DNA of 64,000 nucleotides from Eledone cirrhosa (Eukaryota): NCBI GenBank assembly GCA_964016885.1, contig CAXHJY010001110.1, positions 7,908 to 71,907 of the forward strand, read 5' to 3'. Shown piece by piece: positions 1 to 11,054 of this stretch (position 1 is its first letter; each line of letters starts with the position of its first letter). The notes under the pieces were generated by a model. It saw only the letters and a program-made list of their open reading frames with translations, ran no database searches and was not told where the DNA came from. The position numbers and the translations under genes were made by a program.

Positions 1-235
1 AGCAATGGCAGAAAATATTTATATAAAATCTAAATCACCCTCTCTCCTTCTCCCTCGTTTCTTGTGACCCTCATTGCTTTCCCTCTCATTTATGGCATCT
101 ATAGTCCTTTCCTCAACTTTCCCATATAGCCAGATCTGCCCTTCTTTACCCCTTCCCCATTTGTTATTTATACAATTGTATATCAATAGATTTAAATTAT
201 CTGAAATATAAATAGAGTAAAATTACTTTGGTAGT

Positions 236-584
236 CAATGTACGTGAACGACCGAGCATGGATATGTTGAGAGAGAAACTGGGTATAAGAAGGATAAGTT
301 GTAGTGTGTGGGAGAGAAGACTGAGATGGTATGGAGATGTGATGCGCATAGAGGATAGCCGATGGGTGAAGAAGTGCCAAGAAATCCCAGTTGAAGGAAG
401 ACGTGGTAGAGGAAGACCATGAAAAACATGGGCGGGGTTGGTGAGAGCAGACCTCAGATCGCTGAAGCTCACGGAAGAGATGACGAAGGACCGTGACAAG
501 TGGACAGATACTGTGCTGAATGGGACCCGTCCCACCCTTGCAAGCAGGGAAAAGCGGACGTAAAATGATGATGATGATGATGAT
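236..584 (+). mobile_element. 5'-truncated RTE-type LINE 3' end with (GAT)n tail
   Basis: Translates RRLRWYGDVMR...EGRRGRGRP, typical of an RTE ORF C-terminus, and ends GGACGTAAAA(TGA)n. Flanked by GTAGT at 231-235 and 585-589. The empty site is visible in the inverted duplicate near 8765-8775. Confidence 0.85.
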
Positions 585-879
585 GTAGTGTAGGACTACA
601 TGACGTTATTTCCTGTAAATCTGAAGAGCCGTACCTGTGTCCGACCTTCTCTCGGGTGCAGTCTACCCAACTTTTCACCAGTCTTCTTCTCTCTTCATTA
701 TGAAAATTGACCCAGTCGCTCCGTATGCTATAAATTGCAGCCAAATATCCTTCTAATCATACTTAGAAAATGGACGCATTAGATAATTAATCTAATCCAT
801 AAGCATAATACAGAAGACCCCGAGTTCCCACGAGTACAAGCCAAAGCATATAGACAATATGCCCCACCCCCTCCCACTG

Positions 880-1093
880 TAAAGTGGTCGTGGAGGTGCC
901 ACAGTAAAAAAGCACCCAGTACTCACTGTAAATGAGGTTGGTGTTAGGAAGGGCATCCAGCTGTAGAAACTGAGCAAACATTAGTTTTGTGTGAGCAAGA
1001 CATGGTCACCTGACCAGGCATTACCCACTTCAGGACAACCTGTCTAACCCATGCTAGCGTGGAAGAACGGACGTAAAACGGTGATGATGATGA
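880..1093 (+). mobile_element. SINE-like repeat sharing the RTE 3' tail
   Basis: Core GTTGGTGTTAGGAAGGGCATCCAGC..TAGAAA and tail CCCATGCTAGCGTGGAAGA..GGACGT.AAAC..TGATGATG. A second copy lies at ~3555-3801. Boundaries are approximate. Confidence 0.7.
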
Positions 1094-1357
1094 TATATCA
1101 TACACCCAAACATACCTTTGTGTTATTGGAATATTTTAGTTACTTAATCTTTTTAAAAGCCTTTTCCATAACAATGAATATGAAATACCTAAGTCCCTGT
1201 ACAAAGCCAGGAACTAAGTACATATCGTTGTTTACGTTTCGATTTTGATATTTTTCTTCAAATCAATTGTTTCTCTCTGTCACCACTAGTACAAAATGAT
1301 AATGGTCATCTAAAACACATAGGGTAATGAGGCTGTTTGCTTGCAAATGAACCGAAC

Positions 1358-1530
1358 AGTATCGGTAGAGGGTCGGACGCCATGCTTTGCAGCATAAAGT
1401 TACGGCCTTTTACGGTCTGAGTTCAAATCCCGCCGAGGTTAACTTTGCCTTTCATCCTTGCAAGGTCGAGAAAATAAAGTACCAGTAATACACTGTGATA
1501 ATTGCTTGTCTTGTGCCAAAAGCAGAAACA
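1358..1530 (+). mobile_element. tRNA-derived SINE
   Basis: A-box-like TATCGGTAGAG and B-box GAGTTCAAATCC. Same family as the copies at 4985, 9595 and 9818. Confidence 0.7.
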
Positions 1531-1955
1531 TTTAAGTATCCGCTATGTTAGAGCGAAACTAATTTCGTCTTCAAATTTTACTTTCATTTTATTAGTATAC
1601 GCAAATAGGACCTAACCTGTCTACTTACCTATCTCCCTGGTTAGTTATATATCTAGGGGGCAGTCTTGTACTTACGGCGGTTTCAAGCCACGTGACACCA
1701 GAGTAAACTCTGACCCAATGAATCCCTTAGCTGACTGAGGTAAGACTAACTTTTTTCTAAGATAAAGTAAACTATGTGAAAAAGGTAGAATCTACACATT
1801 GACTCAACCTACGAGAAATACCAACCAAATCAACTTCACACCTTTGAAGACAATTAAGCTGACATAGTAGGATAATATAATCCTAGTTATACTTATCTAA
1901 AGTCTGTCTCAAACCTGGGGGCTCATCAGGCCGGTGTATTATACTGACAGCATAA

Positions 1956-2153
1956 TACTCCCCCCTGGACAGGACGCCAGTCCATCACAGGGTTAAACTC
2001 CCAGCTATTGCTGGTACTCGTTTTCAGTTGAGTATACTGGAGCAACGTGAAGTAAGTGTTTTGCTCAAGAACACAACACAACCCATTCCAGGAATCGAAC
2101 CTACGACTTTATGGTCATAAGTCCAACACCCTTACCTCTAGATGACGTACTTC
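1956..2153 (-). mobile_element. tRNA-headed SINE with conserved central domain
   Basis: Minus strand has a GGTTCGATTCC B-box, then CTTGAGCAAAACACTT and GATGGACTGGCGTCCTGTCCAGGGG, motifs resembling CORE/V/Meta-type SINE bodies. Confidence 0.6.
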
Positions 2154-2266
2154 CACAGATATACTTATACAAACCTGATAATAGATGGGTGTTGGTCACA
2201 GAACAATCTTATATCTGTCCAGCAGCTAAAGAACTACTTCTATTGTTCATTTATACAGGCACATCA

Positions 2267-2640
2267 TTACTTCTTCTTCACCCACTTATTCCTGGGTCGT
2301 GGGAGGGGCAGAGTCCTCAAACTCTCCTTCCAGTGGGTCGTGTAAGAAGCAACGATCTCCAATTGATCCAGCTGGATTTCTAAGCAAGACCAGACAAATT
2401 CATGGATATTATCCCCCCATCTTGCTCGGAGTCTATCACTGAGTCTCCTGCCAGCTGGTTTTTCCTGTAAAATCAGTCCAGTGATTCTTTCCTGAGACAT
2501 TCTAACAACTTGCCCTGAAAGAATACGATCCTGAATACAAGCGACCGAAATGGAGTTTCTCCAAAATGTTTTTGGAGTAATGTTACCGAAAGATGAGAGA
2601 GTCACTTCAACTAGAGTTGCTACCTCCAAATTGAGATATT
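2267..2640 (-). mobile_element. Degenerate non-LTR retrotransposon 3' fragment (RTE-like)
   Basis: Translation GQVVRMSQERITGLILQEKPAGRRLSDRLRARWGDNI resembles a decayed GHVxRM...GRRxRGRPxxRWxD RTE C-terminus. Confidence 0.55.
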
Positions 2641-2997
2641 ACAGCTCCGATACTACGGACATGTGCTTAGATATTACATGATAATTTCAAAATCTAAATT
2701 ATAGTTGAATTATCTTTGAAACAGATATATGTGAATCTAGAGACTTATATGTGTATATGGGTATAGCGGGCGTGATATGTATAGTTGTTCAATGTAGTAG
2801 GAGTGAATGAGGTTGAGTCCATAGCTAGTGAGTGAAGTGTATGCCCCGTGCCTGGGGGTGTGCTTCAGTCCAAGGTTAGTAATGCGTATCCTAGTGAATC
2901 AGGAGAATTACAGCTGCGTAATAACATAAGTAGGTACGCATATATACATTCTAAAGACTTAGCCATGCGGGTTTTTTTAAAAACTACACACACACAC

Positions 2998-3175
2998 CAG
3001 GACTAGAACTGTTTCATTCAAAAGACATCATCAGGAAAGCTTTCCTGATTTCTTTCAAATGAAACAGTTCTAGTCCTGTAGAAGTCATTTCTCTATTAAA
3101 TTTGATGTTTACACTCTACTAATGTATTGAGTACCTTAATAACTATTGTTACCCCCAATTGAACCTGGGACTCAT
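2998..3175. repeat. Palindrome-headed repeat, probable Penelope-like terminal fragment
   Basis: CAGGACTAGAACTGTTTCATT...AATGAAACAGTTCTAGTCCTG forms an imperfect palindrome (2998-3078). Homologous to 16482-16670, including the downstream ATGTATTGAGTACCTTA. Confidence 0.55.
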
Positions 3176-3554
3176 ATGTATATATATACGTAGGTACATA
3201 AGACATACCAATGAGAGCAAACTTTTGACTGTACAAATAACCCTTATATTACACTCGGCTACCTTCAAATAAGACACTTTCGATAATGTATCACCTTGAT
3301 TTACAAGAAGGGATGGTCATGGCTCGAACGTCTTTAATCATAGATCTGAAAATCAACAACATACAAACGATGTACACCAGTGGTGCTAACTGCACCGATG
3401 TAATTTCAAACACACTTTTCCCCAACATCTTAATTTACAATGACACACTGCTTTGCGATCTGAAACACCTCATGTCTAAAGACATTGACAAACCTCCTTC
3501 TTTCAGCCTCTCTATATATATATCATCTAACTTCTCTTGTAGCTAGTCCGGAAT

Positions 3555-3801
3555 AAATGAGGTCGTGTAGGTGTCACCACAAAAAAAACACACAGTCCAC
3601 GCTGTAATGTGGCCGTGTAGGTAACACGTAAAAACCTCCCAGTCCACACTGTAAACGTGGTTGGTGTTAGGAAGGGCATCCAGCCGTAGAAAACCCGCCA
3701 GACAGTCCTATACGAGCAGGACAACCAATCTTGCCTCAAGTGGGAAAATTCCCGTCCAAACCCATGCTAGCGTGGAAGATGGACGTTAAACGATGATGAT
3801 G
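3555..3801 (+). mobile_element. SINE-like repeat sharing the RTE 3' tail (second copy)
   Basis: Same core and (GAT)n tail as 880-1093. Confidence 0.7.
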
Positions 3802-4214
3802 ACGTCACTTTTCCAGTCTTTCCACACCTGTTTCACCTCCAATGGCTCTCTCTATCCCCTGTGTTGTTCCACCACTAGGTCACCCTCTGTATGGCTGGTG
3901 CTTCACTCAAATCACGTGTCATCAGTAGTCTGTAGTTATCACTTTCCTCTATGCCATGTGTCTAAATCATCACTCTCATCATATAGATCACGTAGAGCTT
4001 TTGATCTTTTCTAAACCTATACTTAAAAGAAAGGTCCTTCAGCTTTCAAACTCTCCATACAAAGATCTCCCTGCCTTTCATCTAATGTTGCTTATAACTA
4101 ACCTATGCTGAGTAGTGCGTACTTCTCCAGGTAACGACTTAGAAAATGAGATAGATGGATGGTAATAAATGCTAACAAGAAACTGAGTATGCACATACAT
4201 TATCTACATATCTG

Positions 4215-4912
4215 CAGTTTGGGTTCGTGTCAGGTAAAAGTACCACAGACGCCCTTTTCCTTATACGACAACTACAGGAGAAGTACCTACCTAAAAGTAA
4301 ACCCCTATATTAGCTTTTGTTGACTTGGAGAAAGCCTTTGACAGAGTCCCCCGCGCCATTATCTGGTGGGCCCTTAGAAAACTAGGTTTTTGATGAATGG
4401 CTTGTGAGAGCTATACAAGCCATGTATAAAGAAACAGTCAGCAAGGTTAGAATTAACGAATATAGTGAAGAGTTTAGCGTAAAAGTTGGTGTTCATCAGG
4501 GCTCTGTCCTTATCCCCCTCCTATTTATTATTGCCCTAACAGAGGAGTTCAAGACCAGCTGCCTATGGTAACTTCTATATGCAGGTGATCTAACGCTCAT
4601 AGCTGAATCGGTGGCTGAACTAGAGAAGAAATTCCAAACATGGAAGCATGGCCTAGAATCAAAAGGCCTTAAAATTAACTTGTCTAAGACTAAAATTCTA
4701 GTATGTAGGAAGGAAAATAGGGCACCGGTCCCATCCGGGAAATAGCCATGCTCAGTGTGTAGGAAAGGAGTAGGCAGAAACTCCATTTTATGTCCCAAAT
4801 GTAAAGTATGAGTGCTTAAAAGATGTAGTGGGATCACAGGTAAGCTATCTAAGAACATAGATTTTATATGTGGCCGATGCTCAGGTGCAATAAGTAGCAA
4901 GTGCCCACAGAA
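4215..4912 (+). mobile_element. RTE-type LINE reverse transcriptase fragment (stops and frameshifts)
   Basis: Reads QFGF, FVDLEKAFDRVPR, GVHQGSVL.PLLF, LLYAGDL (degenerate YADD) and GLKINLSKTKIL, then a Cys-rich stretch. It ends about where the segmental duplication begins (4920). Confidence 0.9.
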
Positions 4913-4919
4913 TACTAGC

Positions 4920-6747
4920 TCCCCTCCCCCAAACTTTTGGCTCGGTGCCTAAATCAGAAACCATTATTATAGTACACATTATATGGCGGGTGATTGGCAC
5001 TATCGGTAGAGGGTCGGACGCCATGCTTTGCAGCATAGAGTTATGGCCCTTTGCGGTCTGAGTTCAAATCCCGCTGGGGTTAACTTGCCTTTCATTCTTA
5101 CGGCGATAAAATAAAGCCCCAGTAATGCACTGGGGTAATTGCTGACCTTGTGCCAAAAGTAGAAACATCTATTATAGTACAAGTAAATAGGAAATAACCG
5201 ATAGACACAGTTTGATAATATAAGCTGAATGAGTGAAATTAAATTGAATCAACTTACAACTGTTAACTTCGTGGCTTGTTAGTGTTCAGTTGTGAGCAGT
5301 GAACATTAACTAATGTTACCACACACTGCAATGGCCTTCTTCTCTCCAGATATATCTACTGTAGTAAGTTCCTTTCTACACCCACCTAGCAAAAGCAACA
5401 CAAATGCCGTTGCGAGTTCACGGTAGACGTTTTAAGACTTCACCCGATGTTATGTCACCTCACACGATATGTTGCTCTCAATGAGATCGTTAATCGAGAC
5501 TTGAATGCAGCTAAAATCCAGCGGGGTTAGACCGAAGCGACGGCAAAAGGTCGAACGACAACACAATCTTCTCCTTCTATAATGGTAAGTCCCTCATTTG
5601 GGATAGAACTTACAACGAAACTCTCTTCAGTCACTACCTGATAAATTCCGCGTATGACCCAGGCTCCGTTGACCGATAAGCTGAAGATTGCAAACTGTCA
5701 AAGTATCGGCCGCTTCCCAATAGGTGGATCGTTGAATCCATAGTGGTGGGAATCTAGTGTTCTATGTCTTCGAACAAACTCCATACTTACTACGATCGAG
5801 ACGGAGATAGTTATCCGCAAAAAAATGAGCTCCGCGAGTTGGAATTGCGATCCTCCAGGGTAACGCATTCGCGATTCGGTCCGCGAGGATCTTGAGGTAA
5901 CACCCACCTGGTGTTTTGCAAATGGGTATGAGACAGTAGTTCAGACATTTGTAATAAAATCATAAATGTTATGTTAAGAATATGTTGTTAAATAAAGATT
6001 AAAAAAACCCCAAACGCTACAATAATAATTAAAACAAACAAACTAAAAGATTATAACCCATGGAAGTGTTTACAAGAGATGACGTCACGGCTTGTAGCGT
6101 TTCTTCGGCGAAGTTTAAATTTCTCCTCTGGCAAACGATTTAAACTAAGTGAATGCCTTTTCAATATTGTGGTAATCTATATACATTCTGTAACGTATGT
6201 ATTTCTCTCACAGTCAGAGGGTTTTGCTTCTCTGCCTCATTTATGAATCTGTTTTTGTACGAGTTGTATTTCCTTACTTGACATCTCCTATCCGATCTGA
6301 TCCTAAACTTAAAAAGAAATTTGGTCTCACACGAAGGGAATGTTCTGATGCTTGTCGGGATGAGAGAGAATTCAATTGTAGATATTATAAATACGTTGAC
6401 AACAATGGCATTTGTTTGATATCAGGTGACAATATGTTTATTATAAAAAAGTACACCAATAAATCTATCGAGAGAGCTTTGTTTAAACAAATTGCTAATT
6501 TAAAGGAAACGATAGATAAACTATACGAGAAATATTCCGAATTTGATAAAATAAAGGATAAGATTACAGAGTTGAAAAGGAAATCAAATTTACAGTCGAA
6601 GTCCCTTATGATTATAGGGAAACACTTTAAGGAGGCAGTCATGCATGAAAAACGTGCTCTCGCTGCACTCGACCGTAAAGTGAAGGAATTGGAATTGAAA
6701 GGAAATGAAAGAAAGACAGACTTCGCAGCAGTGAAGGTCCAGATACA
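4920..6747 (+). repeat. Direct segmental duplication of 9753-11605 (upstream region plus 5' part of the lectin gene)
   Basis: Offset is 4833 and becomes 4858 after a 25-bp indel (GATAGCGAAAGCAGCGAATTTCAAC, ~10849-10873, bounded by AACG microhomology). Confidence 0.95.
4985..5178 (+). mobile_element. tRNA-derived SINE (duplicated at 9818-10011)
   Basis: TGGCACTATCGGTAGAG A-box, GAGTTCAAATCC B-box and ATTATT tail. Confidence 0.7.
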
Positions 6748-6754
6748 AGTTTAA
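6197..6754 (+). pseudogene. 3'-truncated paralog of the 869-aa PAN/coiled-coil/C-type lectin gene (185-aa ORF)
   Basis: Identical to the long ORF for 78 aa and aligns to residue ~184. The stop codon comes from inverted SINE sequence at the junction (~6748). It could still make a short product. Confidence 0.8.
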
Positions 6755-7229
6755 CTTCGGCGGGATTGAACTCAGACCGTAAAAGGCCGTAACTTTATGC
6801 TGCAAAGCATGGCGTCCGACTCTCTACCGATACTGTTCGGTTCATTTGCAAGCAAACAGCCTCATTACCCTATGTGTTTTAGATGACCATTGTCATTTTG
6901 TACTAGTGGTGACAGAGAGAAACAATTGATTTGAAGAAAAATATCAAAATCGAAACGTAAACAACGATATGTACTTAGTTCCTGGCTTTGTACAGGGACT
7001 TAGGTATTTCATATTCATTGTTATGGAAAAGGCTTTTAAAAAGATTAAGTAACTAAAATATTCCAATAACACAAAGGTATGTTTGGGTGTATTAATTGTA
7101 TTCTAGAGCCAAATCTGCTCTGATTGAACAGAAATCAATGTGACTAGAAATCAGCTCTGATCGAACACAAATCAATGTGACTAGATATGATCATCTCGAC
7201 CTTTTTCTTTCAGACAGTATCCCTTAGAC

Positions 7230-8528
7230 CAGAGGTTCTCAAAGTGGGCTATACCGTCCCCCAGGGGTGTAGAGAAGGTCCAGGGAGCACCGCGGAGGGG
7301 GGGGGGTAGAGATGATATAATAGTATATTAAATATCAAATGATACATATTATATATAAATATAGTAAGATAGAAAATATATATTTATTTATACATAGTAT
7401 ATATTATATTTACTATATATAAACGATTTTATTATATACTAGCTGAGTTACCCGGCGTTTCCCGGGTTACTACTGTTCTTATTCAGATTAGCAAACAATA
7501 AATATGAAGATATGTTTTCCCTCTCATAATTATTTCAAAATATCTATATTTTATTAAAAAGATATGAAAATTGTAATGATAATAGAGTTTAGAAATGAAA
7601 ATCTGTCAATCTTGAAGCACCTTAGGGTAAACAATATTCATTGTGTAATTTTTTGTTGATGTCCAAATGAATAAATTGTTGCTACACACTCATGCACATA
7701 CACTCACATACACTCACATACATATACTAAGACAGACACAGAGACATACAATCACGCAGACATACGCATACCTTTTCACCCAATTTTGTTTTGCCAGTTG
7801 CCACATATGTGTAGATGTGTGTGTGTATTTAATAACGTACCTAATGACCACACAGACATACATATTCATATACAAAATGTGACGTCATTGTGTTGTTTTC
7901 TATTGTTTTAATCCTATTGAAAATAAAAATTATCACACATACACTCACACACACACACACATACATACACTCATACATACTCACATACACATACACTCAC
8001 ATACATATACTAAGACAGACATACATTCAAGCACACCTGTCTGTCACCACATATGTATCTGTATATGTAGACGTGTGTGTGTTTAATTGTCTGTGTGAAG
8101 ATACTAATGCTATATGCATGTATGTTTAATTCTCAGAGGCCTAACGTACGTATCGAACTCGCAAACACACACGCACTCACAGACACATACACACTCATAT
8201 AAACATTTTACGTGATGGTGGAGGAGATTAGTGACTATAAAAATATTATGATAGTTAAAATGTTATATTGTTTTAATCCAAATGAAAATAAAAATTACAT
8301 GTTGAGACTCCTGGGGTCTCATACCTTGTAAAATTTAATTTGATTTGGTTCAGCCGTTTGAGATTGCATAGGAACAGACAGACAGGTAGAGAGACAAAGA
8401 ATTTTATATATGGAGAGATTATTTACAATTTGCTTGTAGGTAGGTCTCTCTGGAAATAGGGTAGGGGGCGGTGAGGGTATTACGTGGCCGTGAGGGGCTC
8501 GGTGGCCCCAACAGTTCGAGAATCTCTG
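7230..8528. mobile_element. Non-autonomous hAT (Charlie-like) DNA transposon
   Basis: TIRs CAGAGGTTCTCAAA and TTCGAGAATCTCTG, with an exact 8-bp TSD CCTTAGAC at 7222-7229 and 8529-8536. Confidence 0.85.
7436..8420 (+). mobile_element. Helentron/Helitron-like non-autonomous element nested in the hAT element
   Basis: 5' ACTAGCTGAGTTACCCGGCGTTTCCCGGG hairpin, internal CA-rich duplicated blocks, and a 3' GGTTCAGCCGTTTGAG...ACAGACAGACAG...TTTTATATAT end resembling DINE-1/Lep1-type elements. Confidence 0.55.
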
Positions 8529-8916
8529 CCTTAGACTAATTATCTGGTTCCCTTTTCTAAGATAGTATGATTAGAAGGATATTTGGCTGCAATTTATAGC
8601 ATACGGAGCGAAAAATGTAAGTTGTTATTGTTTAGCACTGGGTCAATTTTCATAATGAAGAAAGAAGGAGAAGACTGGTGAAAAGGTGGGTAGACTGCAC
8701 CCGAGAGAACGTCGGACACAGGTACGGCCACTTCAGATTCACAGGAAATAACGTCATGTAGTTCTACACTACCAAAGTAATTTTACTTTATTTATATTTC
8801 AGATAATTTTAATCTATTGATATACAATTGTATAAATAACAAATGGGGGAAGGGGTAAAAAAGGGCAGATCTGGCTGTGTGGGAAAGTAGAGGAAAGGAC
8901 TATAAAAGCCATAAAT

Positions 8917-9403
8917 CTAGGTGATAAAATTAGCAAGGGAGGGGGATGCTCCGACGCCATAGTATCTAGAATAAGGACAGGATGAAAGAAGTTTAGGGAG
9001 CTGCTTCCTCTGTTGACAACGAAGGGTTTCTCCCTACAAACGAAAGGTCAGTTATTTGATGCGTGTGTAAGATACGCGATGCTGCATGGTAGTGAGACAT
9101 GGGCAGCAACTGCAGAGGATATGTGACGGATGTAATGTGCGGGAGAGAAGACTGAGATGGTATGGACATGTGATACACATGGAGGATGGCCGCTGGGTAA
9201 AGAAGTGCCAAGGAATCCCGGTAGAAGACCACGAAAAACATGGGTGGGGTTGGTGAGAGCAGACCTCAGATCGCTGAAGCTCAGAGAGGAGATGACGAAG
9301 GACTGTGACAAGTGGAGAGATGCTGTGCTGAAGAGGACCCATCCCACCCTTGAGGACCCATCCCACCCTTGCAAGAAAGGAAAAACGGATGTAAAATGAC
9401 GAT
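8917..9403 (+). mobile_element. RTE-type LINE 3' fragment
   Basis: Translates LGDKISKGGGCSDAIVSRIRTG*KKFRELLPLL...AMLHGSETW, then the same 3' end as 236-584. The empty site is at ~85-90 in the other duplicate. Confidence 0.85.
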
Positions 9404-9594
9404 GAGAGGGAAAGCAATGACTCTAGGGTCACAGAAGAAAACGAGAGGGAAGGGGAGAGGGTGATCGGCTTCGCGCCCCGCGGACAAAACTGCAAAAGCA
9501 TTTCCGCGGACAATGGCCAGCGACACCCACTGCAACAGCCACCCCACCCCACGGGGCTCCTTCTACAGACGGACTGCTGACGTTCCGATCTTGT

Positions 9595-9803
9595 GGCAGT
9601 ACACAAGATTGGCAGTATCGGTAGAGCGTCAGACAACATGCTTTGCAGCATAGAGTTACGGCTCTTTACGTTCTGAGTTCAAATCTCACCGAGGTTAACT
9701 TTGTCGATAAAACAAAATACCAGTAATGCACTGGAGTCGATTCAATCGACTTTCCCCTCCCCCAAACTTTTGGCTCGGTGCCTAAATCAGAAACCATTAT
9801 TAT
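9595..9803 (+). mobile_element. tRNA-derived SINE, immediately followed by another copy
   Basis: TGGCAGTATCGGTAGAG A-box, GAGTTCAAATC B-box and ATTATTAT tail. Confidence 0.7.
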
Positions 9804-10919
9804 AGTACACATTATATGGCGGGTGATTGGCACTATCGGTAGAGGGTCGGACGCCATGCTTTGCAGCATAGAGTTATGGCCCTTTGCGGTCTGAGTTCAA
9901 ATCCCGCTGGGGTTAACTTGCCTTTCATTCTTACGGCGATAAAATAAAGCCCCAGTAATGCACTGGGGTAATTGCTGACCTTGTGCCAAAAGTAGAAACA
10001 TCTATTATAGTACAAGTAAATAGGAAATAACCGATAGACACAGTTTGATAATATAAGCTGAATGAGTGAAATTAAATTGAATCAACTTACAACTGTTAAC
10101 TTCGTGGCTTGTTAGTGTTCAGTTGTGAGCAGTGAACATTAACTAATGTTACCACACACTGCAATGGCCTTCTTCTCTCCAGATATATCTACTGTAGTAA
10201 GTTCCTTTCTACACCCACCTAGCAAAAGCAACACAAATGCCGTTGCGAGTTCACGGTAGACGTTTTAAGACTTCACCCGATGTTATGTCACCTCACACGA
10301 TATGTTGCTCTCAATGAGATCGTTAATCGAGACTTGAATGCAGCTAAAATCCAGCGGGGTTAGACCGAAGCGACGGCAAAAGGTCGAACGACAACACAAT
10401 CTTCTCCTTCTATAATGGTAAGTCCCTCATTTGGGATAGAACTTACAACGAAACTCTCTTCAGTCACAACCTGATAAATTCCGCGTATGACCCAGGCTCC
10501 GTTGACCGATAAGCTGAAGATTGCAAACTGTCAAAGTATCGGCCGCTTCCCAATAGGTGGATCGTTGAATCCATAGTGGTGGGAATCTAGTGTTCTATGT
10601 CTTCGAACAAACTCCATACTTACTGCGATCGAGACGGAGATAGTTATCCGCAAAAAAATGAGCTCCGCGAGTTGGAATTGCGATCCTCCAGGGTAACGCA
10701 TTCGCGATTCGGTCCGCGAGGATCTTGAGGTAACACCCACCTGGTGTTTTGCAAATGGGTATGAGACAGTAGTTCAGACATTTGTAATAAAATCATAAAT
10801 GTTATGTTAAGAATATGTTGTTAAATAAAGATTAAAAAAACCCCAAACGATAGCGAAAGCAGCGAATTTCAACGCTACAATAATAATTAAAACAAACAAA
10901 CTAAAAGATTATAACCCAT

Positions 10920-10945
10920 GGAAGTGTTTACAAGAGATGACGTCA
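10920..10945 (+). promoter_or_regulatory. Candidate promoter module: ETS-like GGAAGT, forkhead TGTTTAC and perfect CRE TGACGTCA
   Basis: GGAAGTGTTTACAAGAGATGACGTCA lies ~110 bp before the ATG and is also present at 6062-6087. Motif match only. Confidence 0.4.
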
Positions 10946-11054
10946 CGGCTTGTAGCGTTTCTTCAGCGAAGTTTAAATTTCTCCTCTGGCAAACGATTTA
11001 AACTAAGTGAATGCCTTTTCAATATTGTGGTAATCTATATACATTCTGTAACGT

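Larger units (their letters stand above)
6747..9465 (-). repeat. Inverted duplicate of ~35-1445, interrupted by different insertions
   Basis: 6747-7092 is the reverse complement of ~1100-1445, 8537-8916 of ~88-235 plus 590-795, and 9404-9465 of ~35-87. Confidence 0.9.

Noticed and set aside
192-1248. Short ORFs in the first 1.3 kb and at 8993-9869
   Set aside because: They derive from RTE/SINE fragments or their antisense strands.
1358-1445. tRNA gene
   Set aside because: A/B boxes are present but no cloverleaf can be drawn, and the sequence continues into a multi-copy SINE body.
5390-5915. CpG-richer segment with a 69-aa minus ORF (duplicated at 10531-10740)
   Set aside because: Non-ATG start and no recognisable motif. 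Its conservation is explained by the recent duplication.
7111-7184. 37-bp two-copy tandem duplication
   Set aside because: An ordinary local slippage-type duplication with no further structure.
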